A stretch of DNA of 64,000 bases from Thiomicrospira sp. (lineage in GTDB: Bacteria > Pseudomonadota > Gammaproteobacteria > Thiomicrospirales > Thiomicrospiraceae). A program made the translations under genes and the position numbers. Positions 40,225 to 50,246 of the stretch are shown one piece after another. The first letter of the stretch is position 1; every line of letters begins with the position of its first letter. The DNA is taken from positions 1,462-65,461 of the forward strand of contig NZ_JACUTY010000005.1 of assembly GCF_014859555.1 (NCBI RefSeq). The letters run 5' to 3'. The notes under the pieces were generated by a model, which was not told the DNA's origin, did no database searches, and saw only the letters and a list, made by a program, of their open reading frames with translations.

Positions 40225-40328
40225 GGCCATTATGACGCCTTTTATTTTGGGTGTCTCAATTGAATAGAGAGTTAATCCATGGCTAGGATTGTCTTAGTTG
40301 TGGATCTTCAGAATTGAGGAGAATGTTC

Positions 40329-40460
40329 ATGAATGAATTAAACAATGACTGGGTTTTATGGGTTTCCCTTCTTGCCTTAGTTTTCAGTGTGATCGCTTTT
40401 GTCGCGTTCGGCTGGAAAGCTTTCAAAAGTATGGAAGGCAATGACGAAGACAAGTCTTAA
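40329..40460 (+). CDS. Small single-TM protein (43 aa), absent from the ORF track
   Basis: GAGGAG RBS 7 nt upstream; MNELNNDWVLWVSLLALVFSVIAFVAFGWKAFKSMEGNDEDKS. Confidence 0.7.
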   Translation: MNELNNDWVLWVSLLALVFSVIAFVAFGWKAFKSMEGNDEDKS

Positions 40461-40470
40461 TTGCAGATAA

Positions 40471-40484
40471 TTGATGTAAATAAA
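40471..40484 (+). promoter_or_regulatory. FNR/Anr-like box upstream of ccoG
   Basis: TTGAT-GTAA-ATAAA, 9/10 match to consensus. Confidence 0.55.
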
Positions 40485-40516
40485 AATAGGCCTATATATA
40501 GGCCTATTTTTATTTA
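40477..40516. terminator. Loop-less 40-bp perfect palindrome (likely terminator or cruciform)
   Basis: TAAATAAAAATAGGCCTATATATAGGCCTATTTTTATTTA. Confidence 0.7.
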
Positions 40517-40617
40517 TGGCAAATGATAAAATTTTTCAAGAGTTAAAATCAATCAAAGCGGTTAGAATAATCTACAATTTTCAGGTTAATCGTGTTGTTC
40601 CATCCTAAATTAAGAGA

Positions 40618-42087
40618 ATGCTAATGTCAGGCTCAAAAAAAGAAGCTTACCGCCCAAAAATTCATACAGGTTCGTTACTTGATGATGTTCATGTCCAGTC
40701 TAAAACCCTAGATGATATCGGTGTCGAAATTTTACCATTACATACAGGCGGCACCGTGCATGCAAAACGGATTGGTGGAAGTTTTCGTACCTTTAAGTGG
40801 TTGGTCGCTTCTTTTTGGTTACTATTATTTGTAGGGCCCTACATACGCTGGGATGGTAGCCAAGCTATTTTATGGGACTTGGGGAATCGGCAGTTTCATA
40901 TTTTTGCATTAACGGTATTGCCACAGGATATTTGGATGTTGGCGATGATCTTGCTGTTTTTTGCTTTGTTATTAGCGGCTTCAACCGCGATTGCAGGTCG
41001 CGTATGGTGTGGCTACTTTTGTTTCCATACAGTTTGGGTAGATGTATTTACCTGGTTAGAAGAAAAAATTGAAGGTAAGCCGGGCAAACGTATCAAACTA
41101 GATGCCGAGCCAATGAGCTTTACTAAGTTTAAGGTTAAGTTACCTAAGCATATAATTTGGCTGCTGATTGCCTTTATGACCGGCTTCAGCTTTGTGGCCT
41201 ATTTTACCGATGCGTTTCAGCTCTGGGCGCGACTGTTGCATTTCCAGCTTGCGTATTATGAAACCATTATTATTTTGGTCCTTGCAGGCTTAACGTATTT
41301 AACGGCGGGTTTCATGCGCGAACAGGTCTGTATGGGTTTTTGCCCATACTCCCGTATTCAGGGCGCGATGACCGATACTGAGACGGTTATGCCAACTTAT
41401 GATCGAGATCGTGGAGAACCACGCGGTCGTCAACGACGAGCTAAACCTGGTGAAGAAGTGCCGGTTTTGGGGGATTGTATAGATTGTCGAATGTGCGTGG
41501 ATGTCTGTCCAACCGGCGTTGATATTCGTTTAGGTCAACAGTTTGGTTGCATTACTTGTGGTTTATGTATTGATGCCTGTGATGAAATCATGGAAAAGGT
41601 TAATAAACCTAAAGGCTTGATTCGTTACGCGGCTATTAATGAGTTTGCTGGAAAAATTTTGCCGCCAATTTGGCGTCGGCCTCGGGTGATTGTATACTCC
41701 TCTATCATGATATTTGCAGCGGCGGCACTGATTTGGGGTATGGCAAATATGGCGCCAATCAATGTTACGGTTCTAAAGGAGCGTGCACCACTTTATGTAC
41801 AAATGAGTGATGGTAGTATTCAGAATAAATATGATGTCAAGGTGGTCAATAAAACCAATGAGTTTATGCAGGTCGAAGTTGAAGTGTTTGGCCATGATGA
41901 TTTAATTTTTATGGCTGACCGAGTGGCGGAAGTGAGCCCAGGTAGTGTTGCCACTATAAGGTTGTTTGTTCGAATTCCTCGAAACAAACTAGACGAGAAA
42001 TCTACGCCAATAGACGTGGTGGTTAAAGACTTAAACAACAAGGATAATAGTGACCGTTATCGCAGTGTATTTCATGGGCCTAAATAA
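40618..42087 (+). CDS. ccoG: Cytochrome c oxidase accessory 4Fe-4S protein CcoG/FixG
   Basis: [14 protein letters not shown]...[15 protein letters not shown] and [11 protein letters not shown]. Confidence 0.95.
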   Translation: MLMSGSKKEAYRPKIHTGSLLDDVHVQSKTLDDIGVEILPLHTGGTVHAKRIGGSFRTFKWLVASFWLLLFVGPYIRWDGSQAILWDLGNRQFHIFALTVLPQDIWMLAMILLFFALLLAASTAIAGRVWCGYFCFHTVWVDVFTWLEEKIEGKPGKRIKLDAEPMSFTKFKVKLPKHIIWLLIAFMTGFSFVAYFTDAFQLWARLLHFQLAYYETIIILVLAGLTYLTAGFMREQVCMGFCPYSRIQGAMTDTETVMPTYDRDRGEPRGRQRRAKPGEEVPVLGDCIDCRMCVDVCPTGVDIRLGQQFGCITCGLCIDACDEIMEKVNKPKGLIRYAAINEFAGKILPPIWRRPRVIVYSSIMIFAAAALIWGMANMAPINVTVLKERAPLYVQMSDGSIQNKYDVKVVNKTNEFMQVEVEVFGHDDLIFMADRVAEVSPGSVATIRLFVRIPRNKLDEKSTPIDVVVKDLNNKDNSDRYRSVFHGPK

Positions 42088-42170
42088 TAAAATTACGGTA
42101 CCGTTTACAATCAATAGCTTTCTATATGGAAGGCCATAACCAAGTTAATCGACTGGTTTTAGGAGAAAGA

Positions 42171-42692
42171 ATGCAAACACAAAAGAAAGACACTCGTGAC
42201 TGGAGTGTGGCCTGGAAAAATCCATTGGTTATTTTCTGGGTGGCGATTATATTGGTCGTGTTGATGGTCAATTTTTTCATGGTCAGTATGGCCATCGTAA
42301 CCAATCCAGGCCTGGTGATTGATGACTTCTACGAACGTGGCAAAAACCATGCCGCCGTATTGGCTGAACGTCAGAAGATGGAAAAGTTGGGGTGGCAGTT
42401 AAAGGTTGATATGCCAGATTTGGTCGAAGCAAAGTCTGAGCGAATTGCACTTGAGGTGTTAGACAAAGATAATGTGCACTTTGATGTCGATTCGGCCACT
42501 TTATATTACTATCGACCTTCAGACCGTAACTTGGATGGCTCGTTGGTGTTGGCTCAACTCGATACCACTGGAAATTATGCGGCTGATCTGAACTTGCCAC
42601 TAAAAGGTAAATGGGATTTTATTATTGAAATAGTTAAAGGTGACAAGAAATACAGTATTGGGCAATCGTTTATGGTCAAAGACCCAGAATAA
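42171..42692 (+). CDS. ccoH: FixH/CcoH family protein
   Basis: Single N-terminal [19 protein letters not shown] and GKWD. ATG at 42171 after AGGAG. Confidence 0.85.
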   Translation: MQTQKKDTRDWSVAWKNPLVIFWVAIILVVLMVNFFMVSMAIVTNPGLVIDDFYERGKNHAAVLAERQKMEKLGWQLKVDMPDLVEAKSERIALEVLDKDNVHFDVDSATLYYYRPSDRNLDGSLVLAQLDTTGNYAADLNLPLKGKWDFIIEIVKGDKKYSIGQSFMVKDPE

Positions 42693-42695
42693 CTA

Positions 42696-45173
42696 ATGAG
42701 CCAATGCTACCATTGTGGTCAAGATGTTCCTCAGAATGAACGGATTGACAAGGTTATTAAGGGTCAAAGTCGATCTTTTTGTTGCCACGGTTGTGCTTCA
42801 GTCTGCGAGGTTATTCATAATTCAGGTCTAGAAAGTTTTTATAAACTTTCGCCAGATACACAGCGCCCGATTGCCCCTCTTCAACTAAATACGCAAACCT
42901 CCGATTTTTTTGATTATGATGAAGTCCAGTCTCAGTTTGTTAAAGAGCTGGGGCAAGTGCGTCAAATCACACTCATGTCGGATGCGATTCATTGCGCTGC
43001 TTGTATTTGGTTAATTGAACATAGTCTTGCGAAGGTAGATGGTGTTCTACATGCCAATGTAAATTTTACCAATAAGCAAATCAAAGTACGTTGGGACAAT
43101 TCAAAAATTCAACTCTCGCAAATTCTTCAACGCCTTAACCAAGTTGGGTACGATGCTCGCCCATATAATGCAGAAGAAAGTGAACAAGCCTATCGAAAAG
43201 CCAACCGCGACTTACTTTATCGGCTAGGTTTTGCAGGCTTTGCCGTAATGAATGCAATGTGGTTTTCGGTTGCGCTATATACCGGTGCACGTGATGATGC
43301 GGAATACCGAACCTATTTTTATTTTGTATTATTCTTATTAGCCAGTGCGACATTGGTGTATTCCGCACAGCCTTTTTTTAAAGGTGCTTTACAAAGTCTT
43401 AAAGCCAAAACAGTGGGCATGGACGTCTCTATCAGCCTAGGTTTGCTTATTACCTATGGTTATTCCACCTGGGTAATGGTTCATCCAGATCAGATCGGTC
43501 AAGCCTTTTATGCGACCGTGATCGATCTTACTTTTCTATTATTAATCGGGCGTTATCTCGAGGCTATTTCTAAAAATAAAGCCTTGGATGCGACACGAAG
43601 ATTAATGGACTTACAGCCAAAAATGGCACGTCAATTTATTGATGGTATGGAACAAGTAGTGCCGGTTCGCCTGCTAAAATCCGGTGATATGGTATGGGTC
43701 AAACCCGGCGATAAAATTCCGGTTGACGGTCAAGTTATGGACGGCGAAAGCCAGGTTAATGAGTCGATGCTGACTGGGGAATCAAGAGAGATTTTTAAGC
43801 AGTTAGGCCATAAAGTATCGGCGGGCACCATAAATTTAGATGGAACCTTGATGATTCAAGTCGAGGCAACGCTTGATGATACCCGTTTGGCGCGAATTAT
43901 TCATTTAGTTGAAGATGCACAAGGTTCAAAAGCGACGATCCAATGTACGACTGAAAAAATCATGCCTTGGTTTGTAAGTGTAACCTTGGCGTTAGCCACC
44001 CTGGCATTTTTATTTTGGTGGTGGCAGGCAGATATTGAAACGGCGATTATGGCAGGCACGGCCGTTCTCATTATTACCTGTCCTTGTGCATTAGGTTTAG
44101 CTACACCTATGGCCATGGCCGTCGCGGCAGGCGTATCGGCAAAAAACGGTATATTGGTTAAAAATAGTGTAGTACTGGAAATGCTGAATGAGATTGATCA
44201 TTTTGTCTTTGATAAAACAGGCACCCTGACAAAAGGTCAAATGCAATGGGTTGATGAGGTCTGGTCACCAGGCCTGGTGGTTGAGGAGTGGCTAGTCAAA
44301 ATTGCTAAAATTGAACAAAAATCCGAGCACAGCTTAGCACGTGCCATTGTTAAAACCATGGAGGCCCGTCAGCCGGATTGGCAAAAAAACATATTGGTTA
44401 TCGAGGATTTTAAGGCGGAACCAGGCCGTGGAGTGAGCGCCAAAATTGATCAAGACCTGGTTCGAATAGGCACTGGGGTTTGGTTAAAGAAATTTGATAT
44501 TGAACTCCCAAATGAGATGCTATTGGCAGAACATGATCAAGCGCAACAAGGTCGCAGTAGTGTTTGGGTCGCGAATAATGAGAAAGTGATTGGTGTACTC
44601 TTTATTGAGGACGAATTACGTATGGATGCTAAGGACTTAATTGAACACTTACAAGCGCGCGGAAAACAAGTAACTCTGTTGAGTGGCGATAGACAATTAG
44701 TCGCACACGCGGTTGCAAACCAACTCGGCGGAATGAACGTGATTGCTGAAGTATTGCCTGAAGATAAAAGTCGGGTGATCGCCGATCTACAAAAGCAGGG
44801 CCAAAAAGTAGCAATGGTCGGGGATGGAATTAACGATGCTCCCGCATTAAGTCGAGCAAATGTTGGGTTTGCATTGGGAGCTGGAACCGATGTTTCAATG
44901 GATTCAGCAGACATAATTTTATTAAATAATGAGTTATTGGCCATTGATAAATCACTCGCTTTATCGGAGAGAACACTTAAAACGGTTAAGCAGAATATTA
45001 GCTTGTCGATTGCCTACAATATCATTATGGTTCCTTTAGCCATGGCGACACTGCTCACTCCACTTATGGCCTCTATTACGATGCCTTTAAGCGGTTTAGC
45101 CGTCATTTTAAATGCGATGCGTATTCGAAGTTTTTTTAACAAACCTATTAATTCCAAAGTTGGAAAGAGGTAA
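42696..45173 (+). CDS. ccoI: Cu-translocating P-type ATPase CcoI/FixI
   Basis: CYHCG...CCHGC, HCAAC, CPC, DKTGT and GDGIND. Confidence 0.95.
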   Translation: MSQCYHCGQDVPQNERIDKVIKGQSRSFCCHGCASVCEVIHNSGLESFYKLSPDTQRPIAPLQLNTQTSDFFDYDEVQSQFVKELGQVRQITLMSDAIHCAACIWLIEHSLAKVDGVLHANVNFTNKQIKVRWDNSKIQLSQILQRLNQVGYDARPYNAEESEQAYRKANRDLLYRLGFAGFAVMNAMWFSVALYTGARDDAEYRTYFYFVLFLLASATLVYSAQPFFKGALQSLKAKTVGMDVSISLGLLITYGYSTWVMVHPDQIGQAFYATVIDLTFLLLIGRYLEAISKNKALDATRRLMDLQPKMARQFIDGMEQVVPVRLLKSGDMVWVKPGDKIPVDGQVMDGESQVNESMLTGESREIFKQLGHKVSAGTINLDGTLMIQVEATLDDTRLARIIHLVEDAQGSKATIQCTTEKIMPWFVSVTLALATLAFLFWWWQADIETAIMAGTAVLIITCPCALGLATPMAMAVAAGVSAKNGILVKNSVVLEMLNEIDHFVFDKTGTLTKGQMQWVDEVWSPGLVVEEWLVKIAKIEQKSEHSLARAIVKTMEARQPDWQKNILVIEDFKAEPGRGVSAKIDQDLVRIGTGVWLKKFDIELPNEMLLAEHDQAQQGRSSVWVANNEKVIGVLFIEDELRMDAKDLIEHLQARGKQVTLLSGDRQLVAHAVANQLGGMNVIAEVLPEDKSRVIADLQKQGQKVAMVGDGINDAPALSRANVGFALGAGTDVSMDSADIILLNNELLAIDKSLALSERTLKTVKQNISLSIAYNIIMVPLAMATLLTPLMASITMPLSGLAVILNAMRIRSFFNKPINSKVGKR

Positions 45174-45176
45174 GCT

Positions 45177-45410
45177 GTGGAGATTATTTTTATCACCATT
45201 CCGCTGGTGTTGATTGTGGGCGGTTTAGTTGTAGCAATGTTTATTTGGATGGCTAAAAAAGGTCAGTTTGATGATTTAGATGGTGCTGCACATCGAATTT
45301 TATTGGATGATGAAGATCAAGGTTCAGAATTGGAAGCTATAAATCAAGATAAGGATAACAAGCTTGGTGCTAAAGAATCTAATCAAGCTGGAAAAAACAA
45401 CGCGTGTTAA
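45177..45410 (+). CDS. ccoS: cbb3 oxidase assembly protein CcoS/FixS
   Basis: GTG start; WMAKKGQFDDLDGAAHRILLDD. Confidence 0.92.
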   Translation: MEIIFITIPLVLIVGGLVVAMFIWMAKKGQFDDLDGAAHRILLDDEDQGSELEAINQDKDNKLGAKESNQAGKNNAC

Positions 45411-45994
45411 AGTTTGCGCCCGATATACCAAGCCTCGCGCATTAACCGATTGTCGGAAGATTTGATCCAACCTTCACCATAGACTTCGCAGTTTAAGCTT
45501 GGCCAATAAGCTTGATATTCACTAGGTTGAATATAAAAATCGGGATTACTTGGCCCAGCGGCTTGAGTTGGAGCCAGGAAGGTTTGATAAAACAACCATC
45601 CTTTGGGTTTTAAAGATTGTGCCAAATTGTCCATGATCGTGCGGTCGAGATAATGGCTTACCACAATCACATCGAATTGATTAGATACAAAATCCTGCAC
45701 TGCAATGTCTTTACAGTGGGCCTGCAAATGGGTTAACCCTTGCAGCTTTGCCCAACGAGACACTAAATCCGTGGCCGTTTCAGAAATATCCCACGCCTGG
45801 GTGCTTAAACCGCAACGCGCTAAAAAACGCGCGTTACCGGCTAATCCACTGGCTAAATCTAATGCTTGGCCCCGCAAGGGCAAACAACGAATGTGTTGTT
45901 TTAATAGCCAGCAAGCTTCAGCAGGTGTCGATAGCTCAGCCGTTTGGTAGCGTTGATTCCACTTTTGGGCGCGGGTTTCTGGCATATTAAGCAC
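45407..45994 (-). CDS. Class I SAM-dependent methyltransferase (TehB-like)
   Basis: KWNQRY, ALDLASGLAGNA, FDVIVVSHYL and LKPKGWL. Confidence 0.8.
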   Translation of the reverse strand: MLNMPETRAQKWNQRYQTAELSTPAEACWLLKQHIRCLPLRGQALDLASGLAGNARFLARCGLSTQAWDISETATDLVSRWAKLQGLTHLQAHCKDIAVQDFVSNQFDVIVVSHYLDRTIMDNLAQSLKPKGWLFYQTFLAPTQAAGPSNPDFYIQPSEYQAYWPSLNCEVYGEGWIKSSDNRLMREAWYIGRKL

Positions 45995-47438
45995 GCCAGA
46001 AGGTACGGGTTAAAATCACCAATAAGGTGAATATTTCTAAACGACCTAACAGCATCGAAAAAGTCAAAATCCATTTCTGTGGATTACTGATGCCACCAAA
46101 ATTGGCTGCCACTTCGCCTAACCCCGGCCCCAAGTTGTTAAGGGTCGCCGCTGTGGCTGAGAAGGCGGTTACCTGATCCATACCAAATGCCATCAAGGCT
46201 AATAAGATAATGGCAAAGGTGGCGACATAAAGCGCAAAGAAGCCCCATACGGAAGACATAACTCGTTCCGGAATCGCGCGACCGCTTAATTTAACTGGCA
46301 TTAACGCATTCGGATGCATTAAACGTTGAATTTCACGAATACCTTGTTTAAATAACAGTAAGAAACGAATCACTTTCATGCCACCGCCAGTTGAGCCGGC
46401 ACTGCCACCAATAAAGCTCATAAAGATCAACATTACTGGCAAAAAGCCTGGCCACATCGCAAAGTCTGCATTACTAAATCCAGATGTGGTTGCAATCGAT
46501 ACTGTCATAAATAAGCCATAACGGAAAGCTTCTGACAGTGTGCCATACACTGATTGAAAGTATAAATAGCTGGTACTGATGGCAATTCCGATCAACAAAA
46601 CCATAACGTAAGTGCGGAACTCTGGGTCAAACAAATAGGGTTTGACTTCAAATGAGCGGAATGCACGGAAATGCAAAGCAAAATTGGCTCCGGCTAAAAA
46701 CATAAAGAAGATCGCAATCGATTCAATAACCTGGCTGTCAAAATAACCGATACTGGCATCATGGGTAGAAAATCCACCAATTGCAACGGTAGAAAAACTG
46801 TGGCCTATTGCATCAAACCAACTCATGCCTGCAATCCAGTAAGCCATGGCACAAGCAATGGTTAACGCGACATAAATCAGCCAAAGCGTTTTGGCCGTTT
46901 CGGAGATACGCGGCGCCAATTTATTATCTTTCGCTGGGCCGGGCATTTCGGCGCGGTATAGCTGCATTCCACCAATACCTAATAAGGGCAAAATCGCGAC
47001 GGCTAATACAATGATCCCCATGCCGCCTAACCATTGAAGCTGTTGGCGATACCACAAAATGGCATGCGGCATGGTATCTAAGCCACTTAATACAGTAGCA
47101 CCAGTAGTGGTTAAGCCAGAAAAGGATTCAAAAATGGCATCACTGATCGAAATCGGTACGTCTTCTTCAAGCAAGAAGGGTAAAGCACCGACCATGCCCA
47201 GCGCAGTCCAGAACATCACGACAATAATAAAACCATCGCGTATTTTGAGTTCTCGGCGGTGTTTTCGATTCGGTAGCCATAAAGATAAACCGGTAATCTG
47301 GGTTAAAACCATAGCGGATAGAAAGGCGATGAGTGCACCGTCTTGATAAATTAGAGCGATCGCAATCGGCGGCAATAGACTTAAGCTATACACCATTAAC
47401 AATAGGCCGAGAATTTTTATAATGATCTGAAATTGCAT
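45987..47438 (-). CDS. trkH: Trk potassium uptake membrane protein
   Basis: ESFSGLTTTG, QWLGGMG, GGSAGSTGGG and LLGRLEI. Confidence 0.96.
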   Translation of the reverse strand: MQFQIIIKILGLLLMVYSLSLLPPIAIALIYQDGALIAFLSAMVLTQITGLSLWLPNRKHRRELKIRDGFIIVVMFWTALGMVGALPFLLEEDVPISISDAIFESFSGLTTTGATVLSGLDTMPHAILWYRQQLQWLGGMGIIVLAVAILPLLGIGGMQLYRAEMPGPAKDNKLAPRISETAKTLWLIYVALTIACAMAYWIAGMSWFDAIGHSFSTVAIGGFSTHDASIGYFDSQVIESIAIFFMFLAGANFALHFRAFRSFEVKPYLFDPEFRTYVMVLLIGIAISTSYLYFQSVYGTLSEAFRYGLFMTVSIATTSGFSNADFAMWPGFLPVMLIFMSFIGGSAGSTGGGMKVIRFLLLFKQGIREIQRLMHPNALMPVKLSGRAIPERVMSSVWGFFALYVATFAIILLALMAFGMDQVTAFSATAATLNNLGPGLGEVAANFGGISNPQKWILTFSMLLGRLEIFTLLVILTRTFWRA

Positions 47439-47442
47439 CTAT

Positions 47443-48843
47443 TTATCCTAGCCAAGACCGGCGCGCTTCTGGCTCAAACAAATCATGAATCTCGGTAATG
47501 CGTGAGCGGTCGGTTAAGAATAAAATCACATGATCTTCGGCTTCAATCACCAGGTCTCTGTGTGCAAACAGTACCGCACCATCACGCACAATACAGCCGA
47601 TGGTGATGTCTTTTGGCCAGTCAACGTCGATTAAACGCTTACCGACAATTTTGGAGGTGTTTTCACTGCCATGCACAATTACTTCCATCGCTTCCGCCGC
47701 GCCCCGTCGCAGAGTGAAAGCTTTAACAGTATCGCCTTGGCGCATGTAATGAAGTAGGTTGTTGGTCGTAATTCGGTCGGCAGAGATCGCAATGTCAATT
47801 GAGTTAAGGTGAATTAACTCGATATAGGATTGGTTGTTGACTAATGCAATCACACGTCGAACACCAAGCTTTTTAGCCAGCATAGACGAAATAATATTGG
47901 CTTCATCTTTATTGGTGACCGCCACAAACAAATCGATTTCGTCGATATTCTCTTCAATCAACAGGTCTTTATCGGCCACATCACCGTGGATAATAATGGC
48001 TTGATCTAATATCTCGGATATCTCACGCGCTCGCACAATGTTGTGATCAATGATTTTTACCTGATGTGAATGTTCAAGCTGTTTAGCCAGGCTAAAACCA
48101 ATGTGTCCGCCACCAGCGATCATAATATTACGAGCTTTTTTCTGTTTTTCGCGGCGGAATTCTTCTACGATAATCGAAATATCGTGTGGCTCGGCAATAA
48201 AGAAAACTTCATCACCCACTCGGATTGGCTCATCGCCCGTTGGCATTACGACTTCGTCTTGACGATAGATCGCAACAATGCGGGTTTTAACTTTTGAGGG
48301 TAAGTGTTGTTTAAGTTCGCGGATTTTTTTGCCGACCAGTGGGCCGCCATTATGGGCACGCATTGCGACCAAACGCACTAAGCCACCCGCAAAGTCGACG
48401 ACCTGGAGTGAACCAGGATAAGCAATCAATTGCAAGATGTAATCCGTCACCAGGTTTTCCGGGCTGATTAATAAATCAATGGGGATCGCATCTGGATTTT
48501 GATTACGATCAAACAACTCGGGATGCATTAAATAATCGTTACTACGAACCCGTGCTATTTTTGTCGTAGTTTTAAACATGATGTGCGCGATTTGGCAGGC
48601 GCAAATATTGGTCTCATCATTTTGAGCGGCCGCAATTAAAAGGTCTGCATATTCTAAGCCGGCCTGTACTAACACATTCGGGTGGGAAACATGGCCTTGA
48701 ACGGTGCGGATATCAAGACGATCTTGCAGGCGCTGTAAGCTTGCATTGTCAAGGTCAACGACTGTGACATCGTTATCATCATTGGCTAACAATTCGGCTA
48801 GTGACGAGCCGACCTGGCCTGCTCCGAGAATAACAATATTCAT
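47443..48843 (-). CDS. trkA: Trk potassium uptake NAD-binding subunit
   Basis: Two RCK domains (ILGAGQVG; IAGGGHIG). Confidence 0.96.
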   Translation of the reverse strand: MNIVILGAGQVGSSLAELLANDDNDVTVVDLDNASLQRLQDRLDIRTVQGHVSHPNVLVQAGLEYADLLIAAAQNDETNICACQIAHIMFKTTTKIARVRSNDYLMHPELFDRNQNPDAIPIDLLISPENLVTDYILQLIAYPGSLQVVDFAGGLVRLVAMRAHNGGPLVGKKIRELKQHLPSKVKTRIVAIYRQDEVVMPTGDEPIRVGDEVFFIAEPHDISIIVEEFRREKQKKARNIMIAGGGHIGFSLAKQLEHSHQVKIIDHNIVRAREISEILDQAIIIHGDVADKDLLIEENIDEIDLFVAVTNKDEANIISSMLAKKLGVRRVIALVNNQSYIELIHLNSIDIAISADRITTNNLLHYMRQGDTVKAFTLRRGAAEAMEVIVHGSENTSKIVGKRLIDVDWPKDITIGCIVRDGAVLFAHRDLVIEAEDHVILFLTDRSRITEIHDLFEPEARRSWLG

Positions 48844-48854
48844 AATTGATTTCC

Positions 48855-50246
48855 TTAAATGGGATCTTTTGGATCGATCTCTAGCACCTTGAGTTTGCGG
48901 TAGAGATGGGTACGTTCAATTCCAGAGCGTTTCGCGGTTTCTGAAACACTCCCGCAGGTTTCACGCAATAACTGCTTTAAATAAGCGGCTTCAAAACTCT
49001 CTTTAGCCGACTTTAAATTCATGGAGGTATCAATTGATGCGCTATTGTAGTATTGCTGCGAAGACTGGGTCAAGCTATGGCGGACTTCTTCTTCCGATAC
49101 TTCTGGTGCGGTGCCTAGAATTAATAATCGCTGCACCAAATTTTGCAGTTCGCGCAAATTACCCGGCCAAGCGTATTGGCGTAATAAATTGAAAACTGGT
49201 TCAGAGAAGGTGCGATTAGGCAGGCCCTCTTGGAAAGTAAAGTGGTCTACAAAATGCCGGACCAGCTCAGGGATGTCTTCGTTGTGTTGACGCAAAGCTG
49301 GAACCACAATCGGCATGACATTGAGTCGTTTAAACACATCCTCACGGAACTCGCCGTTTTCGACGGCCAGTTCCAGGTCAACACGGGTGGTGCAAACTAA
49401 ACGTATATCAATCGGATGTAGTTTTTCACTGCCTTGGCGACGGTAGGATTGATGAAAAATCAAATCCGCTAATCGGCTTTGGGCGTCTTCACTTAGTCGT
49501 TCAACGTTAGATAGCACCAGCGTACCGCTTTTAGCCTGTTCGATTTGACCAACCTGAGTGTTACGTTCTTCGGCTTTACCCAACCAGACGCCCAGTTGTT
49601 CTGAAAAATCTTTGGCGTGTATATTATAGATAGGCGCTTCTTTACGTGGGCTCATTTGATGCAAGGCGTTGGCAAAAAAATGTTTACCTGTACCGGCTTC
49701 ACCGGTCAGTAGAATCGGCATGGTATATTTGGCTAAGCGTTCAATCGTACTGCGTTGTTCGCGTATTAACTTGCTTTTGCCGACAGGCATCACCAGGCCG
49801 GGTTGATTGCCTTTTAAACGTCGGTTTTCATGAGCGAGCCGATTGTGTTCTAACGCGCGTTCAGCCATCACAATCAGTTTAGCCAGCGACAAGGGTTTTT
49901 CCATAAAATCATAAGCCCCAAAGCGGGTGGCTTCGACTGCAGTTTCAATAGTGCCATGACCCGACATCATAATGACGGTGGTATGATCTAATAACTTTTC
50001 GGATTGCATTTCTTTAAGCAAAGATAAACCATCCACATCCGGCATCCAAATGTCTAGAAAAATGACATCCGGCACATTGTCTCGCCAAGCCGAACGTGCT
50101 TGCACACCATTCGCAGCGGTCATGACTTGGTAGCCTTCTTCGGCAAAAATTTCTTGCATTAGGTTACGAATATCTTTTTCATCATCAACGATGAGTAGTT
50201 TACCCGAGGCCGCTGAGTGATTATTTGAACTTGACGGTTTTTGCAT
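48855..50246 (-). CDS. ntrX: NtrX-like sigma54-type response regulator
   Basis: Receiver (FLDIWMP, MSGHG), AAA+ (GEAGTGK, FREDVFKRL, WPGNLREL) and Fis HTH. Confidence 0.85.
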   Translation of the reverse strand: MQKPSSSNNHSAASGKLLIVDDEKDIRNLMQEIFAEEGYQVMTAANGVQARSAWRDNVPDVIFLDIWMPDVDGLSLLKEMQSEKLLDHTTVIMMSGHGTIETAVEATRFGAYDFMEKPLSLAKLIVMAERALEHNRLAHENRRLKGNQPGLVMPVGKSKLIREQRSTIERLAKYTMPILLTGEAGTGKHFFANALHQMSPRKEAPIYNIHAKDFSEQLGVWLGKAEERNTQVGQIEQAKSGTLVLSNVERLSEDAQSRLADLIFHQSYRRQGSEKLHPIDIRLVCTTRVDLELAVENGEFREDVFKRLNVMPIVVPALRQHNEDIPELVRHFVDHFTFQEGLPNRTFSEPVFNLLRQYAWPGNLRELQNLVQRLLILGTAPEVSEEEVRHSLTQSSQQYYNSASIDTSMNLKSAKESFEAAYLKQLLRETCGSVSETAKRSGIERTHLYRKLKVLEIDPKDPI

